Source: Marsupella aquatica (lineage: Eukaryota; Plantae; Marchantiophyta). From it: a stretch of DNA of 64,000 nt. Position numbers and translations under genes: made by a program. Positions 12,649 through 25,799 of the stretch are shown here, piece after piece. The notes beneath the pieces are model-generated. The model ran no database searches and was not told the DNA's origin. It saw nothing but the letters and a program-made list of their open reading frames with translations. The stretch covers positions 3,080,390 to 3,144,389 of the forward strand of contig OZ316893.1 of assembly GCA_973895155.1 (NCBI GenBank), given 5' to 3'. Within the stretch, counting starts at the first letter, position 1. Each line of letters starts with the position of its first letter.

Positions 12649-13799
12649 ATGTCTTCATCTTCTGAGATCTCCACCACAGATTCTTCCTCCTCCGATGAAG
12701 ATATACCACCTCCTCCTCAACCTCACACGACTGCACCTCCTCCTCGTGGTCCACCCCGTCAGCTTTGCCAATGTGCCAAATGCGTGGGTCAGGTTTCCCA
12801 AAAGTCCTATATATGCACCCAGCATATTGAGAGATATGGACGTTACGGACGTCATACAACAGGGGCTTCCTCATCCCATGTGGTAAGTGTTTACGCCTTA
12901 GTTTCTACCCTATTTCCACATCGCAATGGTGAAGGTTTTTAATTTCACACCTCTTGTTGTTTGTTTTGGTTTGGGTGGAATAGGTATCTAGTAGGCCTAG
13001 ACCTGCGGCATCAGCACCTTATGTCCCATCACAAGGTGTTCTAGATGCTATAGGCAATGCATTCTCACAAGCCTTGGGTCTAGCAATAGCCCCCTCCAGT
13101 CCTAGGGCAGTTGGGGGTGAGCCTGTTGTCCCAAGAGGGAGAAAGCGTTCCAAGAGACGGCCCCGAGGGGATACTGATTTGTACAAGGCAGTGGTTACCG
13201 GTAGGTGGGGTGATTGTGAGTTTACTGGCAGATGTGTTCCTGTCATCAAGGACTGGGATCCCCAGACTCTTGGTTTGCCACAAGAGCTTTCCTATGGTGA
13301 GGAGGTAGAGGTTTGGGGAAGACGTTGGGTTATCAAACCTTCCACACTTGGGGATAGACATGGCTATGGAGTTTTTGCTTGTGAAGACATCATTGTGGAT
13401 ACCGAGAGTGGTAGTGGTGGACGCGGTCGAGAATGACCTACGTTGTTTCCTTATGGTGGACCCATCTACAAGAGAAGACATTGGAACATGATCCTTGCAC
13501 AACATCCTGAGGGGAAGACTTATGCCTTGGAGTTAGATACTTTTGATGGAAACACTAGGAGGTATAGTGAGCAGCGGGTGATAGATGGGGACCCCATACG
13601 AACTGGGAATATAGCTGGTTTCATAAACAGTACTGTGGGGACTCGCCCCAAGCGTAGGCAAAATTGTGAGTGGGTTTTCATTGAGGGTCCTCCACCAGCC
13701 CCTTATGGCCAGACATATCATCATGACCATTGTCTGGTTGTAGCTACTAGGACCATTCACTCAGGTGATGAGTTGTTTACTCACTATGTGTGGGATTAG
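12649..13799 (+). pseudogene. CACTA-encoded SET-domain (lysine methyltransferase-like) protein; exons 12649-12882 and 12984-13799; one in-frame TGA at 13434-13436
   Basis: IKPSTLG..GYGVFA.EDI, LFPYGG, IDG....GNIAGFINS, NCEW and VVATRTIHSGDELFTHY match SET motifs in order; GTAAGT donor at 12883 and AG acceptor at 12982-12983 join in frame. Confidence 0.8.
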
Positions 13800-13942
13800 A
13801 AAATGACCATACACATGGCGTTTGGCCACATTTTGTATTTACACCAGTACCGATATTATTTCATGTTTGCACACCCCCATATATTCTTCTACATGTTGTA
13901 ACTATTTTCTTTGTAACTTTCAATTGTTTGCATTGTTTTTAG

Positions 13943-16900
13943 AATGTGCGACCCTCTCAAAATATGTTACCGCGGAGATTAGAGCAGCATATCGGGAAAT
14001 GGGTATGCCGGAAGAAGGACAAGGCTCTGAGTCACATTCCTCATCAAGTGACAGTGGAAGCAACAACCCTGATCGCAATGTACCAAGAACATATGAACAG
14101 GTTATTGATGACCAAGATAGAGCCATGGATGATTTTATGGTTGATTGGTTTGGTGTTGACGTCCCTGGTGATGATGCTGAGGTGTCTGCTGATCAAGGAG
14201 GTCATGTGCCCCCCAATGATCCACGACCAAGACACACCCCCGAGGGACAGCGCCAATGGGAGGAAGCAGAGGAACATGCCCGAACTCCTATCTATGAGGG
14301 TGCTCGTTTGAGTCATCTTTCTGCTATCTTGGGGTTGATGAATCTATAGGCCAAACACAAGGCAAGCAATGCCTTGTTATCTGATATGTTTGCACTTTGC
14401 CATGACCTTATGTTACCTTCTGGCAATGTGTTGCCAGGAACTTGGAAGGAGGCCAAGCGTGTTCTCTCATCAATTGGCATGGAATATCATATCATTCATG
14501 CATGTGTGAATGATTGCATGTTATTTCATGGGGCCGATGAGAAGAAGACACAGTGTACTGAATGTCATGAGCCACGGTATGACCCCAACATGATTACAAA
14601 GAAGGTGCCAAGAAAAGCTGTTCGTTGGTTTCCCATCATTCCTCGGTTGTTGCACATGTACAGGTGTTCTGATTTGGCAGAGTTGATGGTATGGCATAAG
14701 ACTCATCGATCAGGGCCTGGTGTTATGCGGTTGCCAATTGACTCTCCTGCAGTCAAACTATTGAGGAAACATGGCCAGACTTTGCACATGATCCTCGTCA
14801 TGTGAGGTTGGGATTGGCATCTGATGGGGTTAGTCCTCATGCCCTTGGAGGCAAGGGAAGACCTACATCAGTTTGGCCTGTGGTTGTGATGAATTACAAC
14901 CTTCCACCATGGCTATCCATGAAGAAGGGGTTCCTCTTGCTGTCTTTGATTATTCTAGGTCCAAAAAAGGTGAAGAACTTTGACACTTATTTGGCACTAT
15001 TGATTGGAGAACTCCAAAAACTGTGGGGTGGAGTGTGGGCATATGATGGCAGGAAAAATACAGGAGGCATTCCACGTGTATTTAAATTGAGAGGGGTAGT
15101 TTGTTGGACAATGCATGACTATCCTGGTAAGATGACTTTTTGACCATATGCCACCCTTCTTTGATATGCTCTTTAATATACTTGTTTGTCATGTGACAAC
15201 CCTAACATTTAGTCTGGTTTTATTTTTGGTGTAACCAGGGTTTGGCTTTGTCTCTGGATTGCAAACTCAAGGGTACAAAGCTTGCTCCACCTGTGGTCCA
15301 CAATTGCAAGATATGGCAATTTGGTCCCCATGGCTTAGGAAGATTGTTTACATTGGGCATACAAAGTTTCTTCCGATGGGGCATGAGATGAGGTCTGACC
15401 CACTTTTATTTTCCTCCTTTGACATGCCCCTTGGTGATATGCGGGAAATTCCGGAACCAACAACTTTTGGGCATTGGAAGTCACTAGCTGATAGGGTGGC
15501 AGACCCTGATGATCCCCTCACCTTTGATGGTATTGGGTTGACGAGGTGGAGTATACTAGCCAGTTTGCCCTATTGGTCAGAGTTGAAGATCCGCCATCTT
15601 TTAGACCCCATGCACATAGAGGGAAATGTGGGGAAGGCGTTGATAGCTCATTTTTATGGGGAGAAGGACACTAACTTCAGGGAGGCATGTGAAGAGTTGG
15701 AAATGCATCCAGATGTATGGGTACAAGTTGATCCTGCCACAGGTTTGGAACATCGTCTTTCTGCTCCTTGGGTGCTTAGTGTTGGCCAAAGACGTGAATT
15801 CCGGAATCGTATAGGGGAGATGCGGTTTCCTACAGGCTATGGTGCCAATTTGAGGAAAGCTTTTGGGATGGAGGACAATCACAAATGGTCACGGTATCTC
15901 AAGACACATGACTATCACCGCTTATTGCAGCATATATTGCCAGTGGCAATTATAGGGTTGGGGACCAAAGAAGTGCAAGATGCCATTTGGTCATTGGGTC
16001 GTTTGTTGAGATGGATATGCTCAAATGAGATATATGTGGAAGAGATTCCTGGAATGGAGGTATTGGCTGCTGAGGTGGTTTTCAAGTTGGAGAAGGCCCT
16101 CCCTCCTTCCTTCTTTGATTGTCAGGTTCATTTGCTTGTGCATCTTGTGAGGGAGGTTGCCATTGCTGGTCCAGTTCATTGTCGATGGATGTACTGGCTT
16201 GAGCGTTACATGTCAGTCTTGAAGGCTTATGTACGTAACCGTGCACGAGTGGAGGGAAGCATAGCTACAGGATACTTGGCTGCAGAGAGCATGTTTTATT
16301 GTAGTAACATCTTGGCCACCATTGATCAGACTTTACCACGTACTTGGATGGAGGAGAGGCAAGAGGAGGAGGACCGTTTAACAGGAGCAACAAAAACACG
16401 CATGCTTACATCAACAGAGTGGACACAGTTGAATACATTCATGTTGAGTAATAGTAATGTCATGGATGAATGGAGGGAGTTTTATGACAATGCCAAAAGA
16501 ATGAGTCAAAGGGCAAGGATTTTTCCTAAGTTGCATGAGTTTATGAAGGAAAAGTTGGTTGAGTTGGATGGCATTTTGGCACAAGGAGGAGATGTCTCAC
16601 AGTTTCCTACTATGACAAATGACATTCGGACCATTGTTCATGGCCCTTTGAGAGTGGTAACATCCAAGACGGCCATGTGGACCCAAGGGAGACACTTCAG
16701 GTTTCACTAGTTCCTAACCTTGTTTTCCATATTCATGTACTACTACTTAAGATATAGTAATCATTTTACTTAAGATAAGTGTGTTTTTCTCTTTTGGTAT
16801 GAAAGGTTCCTCATAACATGATTAGTGTTTTTTGTGTAGTAGTAACAATATATGGGTCTTGTTAATTTCAGGATTTCTTCCCTTGATGAGAAGAGGGCTC

Positions 16901-17358
16901 GTACTTTTGATTGTGGAGTTCAAGGGCAGTTTTGTCAGGACTCCCGGAGTAGCCGACATGACAGGAACATTGTTCGTGATGTTGTGCCACACTATGGGAA
17001 GATAGAGGAGATTTTGGTGGTCTCATATGACAACCAATCTAAGTTTGAGGAGTATGTCTTCAAGTGCAAGTGGTTCAAAGTGAACCTTGTTGGTAATAAT
17101 CACATTGTACTCCACGATGAGAGTGGGTTTACACGGTTGAGGACAAGTGCCACTAGTTTTCAAGCATCTCATTGGCAAACGTCAGAGCCATTTACTTTCC
17201 CATCTCACTTGGAGCAATGTTTCTACATTCCATACCCCTTAAACCCAGAGTGGTCACTTGTCATCACATATGTGCCACGGTCTCGTTCCATTGTTTCAGA
17301 CAAGCCAGACACTATTTTTGTGTCAGATGTAGAGGACATTGAAGGTGACCAAGTGTGA
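13943..17358 (+). pseudogene. CACTA TnpD-type transposase (Transposase_21, DUF4218 and DUF4216-like regions), spliced, with a stop and a frameshift
   Basis: IHACVNDCMLF, C..C.EPRY, WPDFA.DPRHVRLGLASDG, SVWPV..NYNLPPW, DYPG, LDPMHIEGNV, LKTHDYH, HLLVHL, WMYWLERYM, FKCKWF; TAG at 14347-14349; frameshift near 14755; introns 15127-15238 and 16701-16871. Confidence 0.95.
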
Positions 17359-20302
17359 GAGACACTTATGGATATTTAAACCAAAAATCTATATCATGGA
17401 TTGTTCATGTTGTTTCTTAATTAATATTTCATACACCATTAGTGTGGTAGGTATTTTCATTTTGGACTCCTACTTTCAAAAGAGGTCATGCATATAAGTG
17501 ACATGGGTACTCCCTCCCTTATCCCTCCTCCCTCTTTGAACCCAAACTCTCCTTCCTCTTCCAAAAACTCCATAGCTTTTTCTCCTCCCTCCCTCTTCGC
17601 TAAAGTCTCTCCTATTTTTAGTAAACCCTCTTTGGACTCCCTTCTTCCTCCGTCCCTCATCCACCTTCCAACTCCCTTCCTCCCTCTTTCACCTTTCACC
17701 TCCCTCCCTCCTCCTCCCCCATTCAAACTCTAGCCTAGATGCACACACAAGTCTAACATAAACGTTTGCGAACTGTTTGCGAAACTAAACAAATCCCAAC
17801 CAAATCGCAATTTTGCCATTTAAACCGTTTCTCAATTATTCCATACTATACGCTTCACTATTTTGCGATATCCAGACCATCCCACCTTTACCATCCACAT
17901 CGTTTCGCACATTTGCCATACAAACCCATCGCAAATTGTTTGAAGCTAACCTTTTCGCAAACATCCTCCAATACTAATTGTTTCGCAACATTAATGTTAC
18001 CGTGGTTTCGGACTTTCGGAGCGGTCGCGGAGCCTTCGTAATGTGTTTTGTAATCTCTGTAGTTTCGCAAAATATTGTGATACAATAAAGTTCGCAAAAT
18101 GTTTGCGATGCAAATCGCATGGAAGACCAAAGTTGCGATACCACAAGTATCGCAAATTGCGATGCGTATTGAGTCATCAACGGTTTGAAGCATCTGGAAT
18201 CGCAAACGTGTGTCCGGACGCAAATGAGCTTCGCAAAAGGGCAAAATATGTTGTAGTGATAGCGTCCCTCCACGTTCCCGTCATACGATAACAAACGATT
18301 TTAGCAGGAGTAAATACGTATTTGCCATGTAAATTGTTTGATAAGCAGGTGACACTTGGTTGGGTGCCTTTTGTTTTGGCTGTTTGAAACATAGTCTTTC
18401 TTGATATATCTAGACACAAAGAAGGTTTTGTCTAATTAATAACAAGTCAAAAATAGATTTGAGTAGCAAGTGTCATGTGTTGTTGGTCTTGACAATACTG
18501 TCATATGAAGTCAGTGCAAAGCGGTCCTCTATGTAGGAAGCACAAGTTTCACTTGACATATTTGTATACTCTTCTGTACGCGCGTATACTCTTAAATTTA
18601 ACTAATAATACAGATTTCTATGTAAAAAATCTTTATTAAATTTCTTACATAGATTAAATTAAACTGTATCTACAAGAGGGATATTATAATATAGAACAAA
18701 TTCATTTCTATAGTTAAATTTAATCTATGTAATAAATATGTATTTGTTCTATGAAATATCCCTCTTGTTATTAATGGTCTTCGTCAAGAATACAATGATA
18801 CTAGATCTGAGAGATAGATGGGAGACATACCTCAAAGATATCAGGAAAGATATTGGCCCCCATATTGGCATCATGAGTGCCACAAGGGCCTTTGTGCTAA
18901 ACTGATAGAGCAGTTCTAAACTAACAAATAAACTGTGAAATGAAATCGGAATTAAACTTTATTGTCACTCTGCAAGTCCCTATGTTCCACAATTTGGAGA
19001 AGGAAAATGTTATCAATGTTAAATCACATTCAACATTGAACCAGGTCATGAAACTAAGGGCAACTAGGTCCTTGTCAAACAATTTTGATGGAATTTCTGA
19101 AGATTGATGTTAGTTTTGTCAAAAGAACCAGTGGCTCATTTAACTTAGTGAGTGAAATAACTGGTAATCCATACAAATGACCATGCAGACAAGCAAAAAC
19201 CCAAGTTTGGGTTGTGTCTATCCAGGTTCACTGTGTTTGTCCATCCGGGTGTTTTTGCAAAGGTCTGTGTCCATTGGGGCTTTATGTTCCTCCTGGTCTG
19301 ATACATGTCTGTTACCATTATGCCGGTTGAATAGAAATCATTGTTGCCTCATATATATATAATGGGCTCGTAGGGGATGTGCTAGTGAGACAGTTGATTT
19401 TGTAGGAGAAGTCAACTTACTGAGGAAATTCAAAGACTGACTAGCTTAGAAAAAAATCTAAATCAATTGTTCTCATGACTGTGGAAAAACTTTATTAAAG
19501 TCAAATTACATTTTTTAAATGCAAGTCTACAACCAAACCAGCCAACTATATATTCAGTATATTCACTCGTATATTCATTGACCTGGGCAAGTCAGAGTTT
19601 ACTAGACTAAATGAAGCTTGACTTTGTCGATTGGATATAAATAAAGTCATTGTAAGGAAATTAAAAAATTGACATAATTATACCAAGGTGAGTTGCATAC
19701 TCAGGGCTCTAAGTCCATGCCATCTTAGTTAAAAGATATGTTTCAGTATCGCTTTCAAGCTTAATTAATAGGCTGGGACTGCCATCAAAACCTTTGAAAT
19801 GAAACCCTAAGGAGGTTTTGGCTTCATACAGACCAGGTCAAATAATCACAATTGAAAGACAAATAGGTTAGCCAGGGAAAACTTGAAGCTTTTTGTCAAA
19901 CAGGTGGTCAATTAAACATAATTAACAACCCACTAACCTGAATGATAATCTTCCTCCTTCTCCCCCCCCCCCCCCCCCCACCACATTCCACAGCAGCAGC
20001 AGCGTTAACACACATCCTCCCTCAAAAATGGAGTTCACATGCAACTAGTGGCACTCAGAACTTTTTTTCATTCCAGCAAAAAGGGAACCGGCTGTAGGAG
20101 TTTCTGGTCAATGTTCAGTAGGCTACAGGACAGCACATGACTCCTAGAAGTGATCATGATTAGTGGTTCCTTGAAGGTAAAAAGCCCGGTAAAAAGATGA
20201 AGACAAAATAAAATCTTTACAAAGGTTATTAATGTTATTTCCAAATATATCTTGGGGCCACATCCCCCGCCACATCCCTGTCCGCCGTCATTTTCAATAT
20301 AT

Positions 20303-20582
20303 ATCCTTATTGAGAGTGGTTTAGACGGGGTCTAGAGTCTTATAACCTTCTAACATAGTTTTGGGGTGTTTTGTCCTGATTGAGTGGTAGAGAGTCTTAT
20401 GACCCTCTAAAATAGTTTGAGTGTTTTGTTTTGTCCTTATTGAGAGTGGTCTAGAATCTTATAACCCTCTACAATAGTTTGGGTGTTTTGTCCTTATTAG
20501 AGTGGTCTAGAATCTTATAATCCTCTAAAATAGTTTGCCTGGGTGTTATGTCCTTACTGACAGTGGTCTGGAGTCTTATAAC
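20303..20582 (+). repeat. ~55-65-bp tandem repeat, about 5 copies
   Basis: Unit tccttattgagagtggtctagaatcttataaccctctaaaatagtttgggtgttttg. Confidence 0.85.
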
Positions 20583-21828
20583 ACGTCACTCGAAAATAGC
20601 TTTTGCGTAGCGTAGATTCAGATTGATTGAATACAGGCAGAGAAGCCAGAGGACACCTGAAATTTGACGCATACCTCAAATGGGTCCAAATTCACCCTTT
20701 CAACTTTTTGAAAATATGAATTCATCCCAATCTTCGAGGAATGTTGTGACGGCCCGGAAAATCCATGCAGAAAATGCTGTCTGAGAGAACGAGGACGCGT
20801 TATTATATACACTTGCAGTACCATTAATGAGTGCTCTTTGTCGTGGCTAACACTTAGGACGAAGCCACCGAAATATCAATCTAGGAACCCTCGCCATTGC
20901 ACTCCCCGCCATGTAGCAATGCTGGAAGCCTTTGTAGTTATCTGATATGCGTCACTCAAGACAATCATCCGCTTTCAGGTGCGACAAAAAATATCAGCTG
21001 GAAAGCTTTCAAACTAAGATTCACTCACTTACAACTTCTAATTATTTATTTATTTTGGAGTCAATGAGCAACTTCTAATGCTGGAGAACAAGAGGAAGAC
21101 CTTCTACTGATATACGCAAAGCATACACAAAACACAGTAGCTGAATTTGAGAACCATGAAAGGTCTGGCCAGGGAAAATACTTTTATAAAAATTTCTACT
21201 TAAATAACGTAACTGGGATGCTCTCTACTGTAGTTCTAAAAACTAGGCAGCGTTTTCTGTACCTATGGCCTTTCGTTCTGCAATGCAACGATTCATGCGC
21301 TCTTTTGACTGCATCAAAATAGAAACGATGACAAATCCTTGCATGGTAACATTATTCGTCTGTTCAATCAAGAATTTTGAATCCTTGCAAATTGAAACGT
21401 ACCCTGACCCTTCCCTTCCTCTGCTATATATACTTGACCCAGTGCCTAATTAATCTATGCTAGCGCGAGCACTGCGGGACGTATGTCTAAAGAGTGCAGA
21501 CATCTAGCCACATGCTAGAAATCTTGTGGGGTAATTCCTCGTACGTCCCCAGCTGTATCAAACATGTTTCCTTGACAAAAATGTTCTCGTTGAGAGTCAA
21601 CTTGCACTGGCCTGTGATCGATGACATCTGGCTACCTCGATCTATTTGAGACAGATTTCGACAAATCTGGTTAACCCTTCCAGTAGAAAAGTATACGTCA
21701 CTCTACCAACATGTTATCCGGCCATTGTATGTTCGTCCTTGCTACAGGAAAACGCGTTCTTCGATGATTCAATATTTCAGTTTCTCACCGCTAATTGATG
21801 CAAAATTGACCGCGTGTGGCTATCTTTA

Positions 21829-22170
21829 ATCCATCACCTAACTAAATTTAGAATAAATTCCAAGAATTCTGGGAAAGATTCATGTCAATAGGATTCCCTA
21901 AGACTTCTAAATTACAACCTCCGACACTATATATAGATACAAGATCCTAATTCCATCACTTGACTGAATCTAACAAAATCTGGAGTAAACTCCAAGAATT
22001 CTGGGAAAGATTCACTCAATAGGAATCCCAATAATTCTAGATTACAACCGTCGACGCTAGCTGGAGATACAAGATCCTAATTCCATCACTTAACTGAATC
22101 TAGCTGGACTGAAGTCCAAGAATTTTGGAAAGATTCAAGTGACTATAAACCCCAATAATGATAAGGTACA
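21829..22170 (+). repeat. ~120-bp tandem repeat, about 3 copies
   Basis: Repeated tccaagaattctgggaaagattca and gatacaagatcctaattccatcactt.actgaatc. Confidence 0.8.
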
Positions 22171-23866
22171 ATTTTTGCCAATATATTCGAAGTACCTGCT
22201 TTTACAGGGGGATTCGTGGATGGTAGCTCGATCAAAGTGATCATATTTCCTGATCTCCAAAACATGGCTGTGACAAAGTACGTGCTCATAGAAAAGTACA
22301 GCTCTATCCTGAGTGCGATTTAGGTACTGAAGAACGTGCCTCTCGCCTTTCTGCGGCTGTCATGCTACTGGAAATCCATTTGCACTAGCTGATCATCGAG
22401 CCCTAATCAAATATGTTTATGGCTGGCCAGCATTTGTTCTATCATTTCCGAATATGCGGACGAGTTTTTCGAAAGCTAGATTCCCGAGAGTCCACCTCAC
22501 CTGACAAGAATTCAGAGATTGAATGTCTTCGTTGAAAGTATTTAAGCATTGAATTTGTGTCGAAAACTTATTTGCCAGCAATTTGAACCTATATACGCAG
22601 TGTTCAACTGATTCACAACCATTGTTCCGATAGGGATCCCGACAGGGTTCAGGACATTAGTTGAATTTTTCACGTCATTCAGGCCAACTACTAGCCAATT
22701 CTTTCATATCCATGAAATTTTAGGCCGCGCGTCCCCTGTTGAAATAAAATTATCGATTAATCAAGCTTTCCACGATTTTTTCTCACTTTGGTGGACGTCG
22801 ACGGTGTTCACTTTGTGTCCAACTGGTTCGAGAAGCTGGTCTGAGGTCTGAACTGTCCGTTTCGTCGCCGGTTCGTCGCTTGACTCTATTGCCTCTTTTT
22901 CGAATTTTGTACGTAGTAAGGTTTCTGAGTTTATTGCCGAAACGAACTCCAGGAATCCATAGGACGACACCCTGCATGGGTGATCTCAGCCATTTGGGAC
23001 AATGGAAGTGTAGCTAGCAGAAGAAATCTCAAGCACTGTTTGTCACGGACAAACACAGATGATGTACCGGTGATGGGGATGACACTGACAGTATCATGCC
23101 AAGTCTCACGAAGTCATCGATTCTAAGAGATGGATCACTTGACATGACAACGAACGAGGTATCATCTTGACGTGATTCACTGGTGTGGCCGAACTCATGA
23201 TCCAGCTGAATATTGTCCTAGCTACGAAGAGTTAGTTAGCCTTGCTCGATCATAGATGCGAAGGTCCGCGATTGCCACAAAACTCTCGTGCCAGATATTC
23301 CCAATTTAATTGATGAGAATAGAAACGCCAATTGAGTTTCTTTAATGTATTCCGCACGGAAATCTCAAATGTGTGATCACCGAAAATATACATCAGAGCG
23401 CTCAAGGTGCTCAAATCAAGAGCTCGAGATCTGTCCAGTGCAACGTGGACTGTAAGAGAGCTTGAATACTCTTGATATAAAATCTTAACGAGATTGCAAA
23501 TATATAAGCTATTTGCAAGAATATAACTTATTGTACATGGGTTGGATATATACTTATCCTCAGATATGGGACAAACCACCAGCGAATTGCGCAAGAGGCG
23601 ACACTTCTTGTGGCAGCAAAATGCGGTATTTCTACCGCTAACTTATAATGGGCTACAAAGTTGTACGGTAAAAAGACAATTTCGAGCTAAGTCAGATTTC
23701 GCTTCACTAGTAAACATCCTGCGGCGTCGACGGGAAACTAATCAATACTGACATCCACACACCTACACTGTCGAACTATCCAAGATCCTTCTACTTTTTG
23801 GGGCGACAGTCCTCATATATGATTTTCTACAATCACAGTTCGTCTGCAATCACTCATTGATGGCGT

Positions 23867-25398
23867 CTACAAACTTTTCAAACCCGTCTCTTCACCTTTA
23901 TCACGTTTCATCAGGCCCTTCTTTGGGTCGATAAGAGTACCATAGACCCAATCCATGAATATGGTAAGATGGCCGTAGTTGTACTTGTAATGAGTGTGGT
24001 GGAAGTTATGATAGCCGGCTCCCAAAATTCCATAAACACCTCCTTCAATTGTGTCGTGGATGTTGGCGGTCCAGATCTCCTCCAGGAAGAACAAGATGTA
24101 GTACGTTTGAAAGTGCATCGGCACCAAAAACAGCGCGAAGACAAGTGGACTGGCTTGCAATATTCCATCGAATGGGTTGAATGCTAGACCTGCGACGAAA
24201 AATATTGCAGTGAGTCTCTCAGATGATTTGGAAACTGTAGACCAAAGACTCTTAAAGGGTGTTCAATGATGGAATATACTCAAGTAAAGAGGCATCGAGA
24301 GTCTTTTCCGGTCCAAGAAGTTACATGCAGACAACAAGACATTTATCAAATAATCTGCTTCCACTGTGCGTGTAATTTCCAAAGCTAGTAGCTTTAATTA
24401 GTGCTTGGAATGGAGTCCTTTGAGAAATTGAACAAACCTGCGAATGGAGATACAGTATTCAGCTTCGAGTAAAAGTGGTGGCTGTGGTGCATGTACTTGT
24501 AGAGAAGTGGTGTGTGCAACCACCTGTGAAACCAATAAACCCAGAACTCACAGAAGGCCAGGTAAGCACCGATCTGCACGGTGTAGGCTACTAATCCAAC
24601 CTCTTCCACCTCTGCGTAACAGAGCGTCCATCCTTTCTCGACAATATACTCCGCAAAAGTCGGAAGAGCAGTAATAACCGGAAGTCCCACGAAGCTCATG
24701 ACCATCTGCTCCATCACCGGTTTCATTGCAAGGTTACTGCCTGCGAAGATTGGAAGCCAAGTAAGTAGGACCTCAGATAACGTGTCCCTCAAAATGAGGT
24801 CTGCTCTCGAGATCTGGTCTCAAAACCAAAGAACAAATTAATCGAATAAGAATGAGGGACGCAGGAATTCCTTTTAAACAATTTGATGTTCAGAATTGGC
24901 ACCGCCAATTTATCCAACAGCCTCGTCTGAGCACATACAAAAACTCTGCCGTATACGCAGATCATGTATTATGTATACCTTACGTTGACTTGACGTCACC
25001 GAGTAGGAAACGGATTGAAGCTTACCTCGATAGGTCGGCTCTTTCTGCCACCAGTAACCATGGAAATAGATAGCTCCTGCAGACAGGAAGTAGATAACCG
25101 TGCCAGCCCACCAGTTCCGAAGCCATGTTATGCTCCAATGGGGAAGTTGACCTCTAATAGGAGCTCGATTAACCGGTCCTAAGATCATGGAGTTTATATC
25201 ATCTGTCTGTTTCACGAAAAGGTAGTTGTACTCGGCAGAGTACTTGACAGGCTTTCCCCCCACCACGTCGTCGAACTGAGAATTTGTCGAATACAGCGCG
25301 GTACCATTAGCTTCTTGGGCCGTGGTGACGGAGACGACAGAAGCACCGATGATGGTAGCCGCAGCAAGGGCCATCATCGGCAGCCACATTCGCACCAT
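23867..25398 (-). CDS. STE1: Delta7-sterol C5(6)-desaturase-like protein (STE1/DWF7 family); exons 25398-25026, 24740-24438, 24189-23867
   Basis: His boxes HRWLH, HHSHH and YHNFHH; WLRN, SPFAGLAF, DGILQA, WTANIHD and YNYGH..IFMDW..GTL motifs; two GT-AG introns keep the frame. Confidence 0.92.
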
Positions 25399-25799
25399 GA
25401 TGCGATCCTCGAGTAGCCTACCTTCTTGCGTGCTCACCCAAAGTGCTCCCAGTTAGCTACACAAATTAAACTGCACTTGAAAATTCCATCAAAAGTCCAT
25501 CATTCGGTACATTGCTAAAAAGTAGCTCATCTACAATCAGCTTCCCACATTTGGCAGTCTAGGGGCAAAAGCATTAGTAGTGCAAACGTTTGCACCCAGC
25601 GGCAATTCTGAATCCAAGCATACCTGCAGATCAGATAGATTTCAAGTCGACGTAGAGATGTATCGAGTCTCCAAGCGACAGTCGCAAGACTTTTCCGGAG
25701 CTCAGAGGTCAGACTGAAAGGGAGCATCCGTCGCTGCGAGGCCTGAGCAAAGTAACTGGGATCCGCTGTTGGGTATGATTGTCTGCATGGTGCGCGAGG

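Larger units (their letters stand above)
8588..18258 (+). mobile_element. Full-length CACTA (En/Spm) DNA transposon, 9671 bp
   Basis: TIRs CACTACAACA / TGTTGTAGTG; 3-bp TSD ATA at 8585-8587 and 18259-18261; dense TTGCGA/TCGCAA subterminal motifs; internal transposase. Confidence 0.97.

Noticed and set aside
13434-13436. TGA as programmed read-through or selenocysteine in the SET frame
   Set aside because: The same element has other stops and frameshifts, so ordinary decay is the simpler explanation
22761-23200. Possible minus-strand gene remnant downstream of the desaturase
   Set aside because: Coding-like composition but contains stops and no family I can recognise
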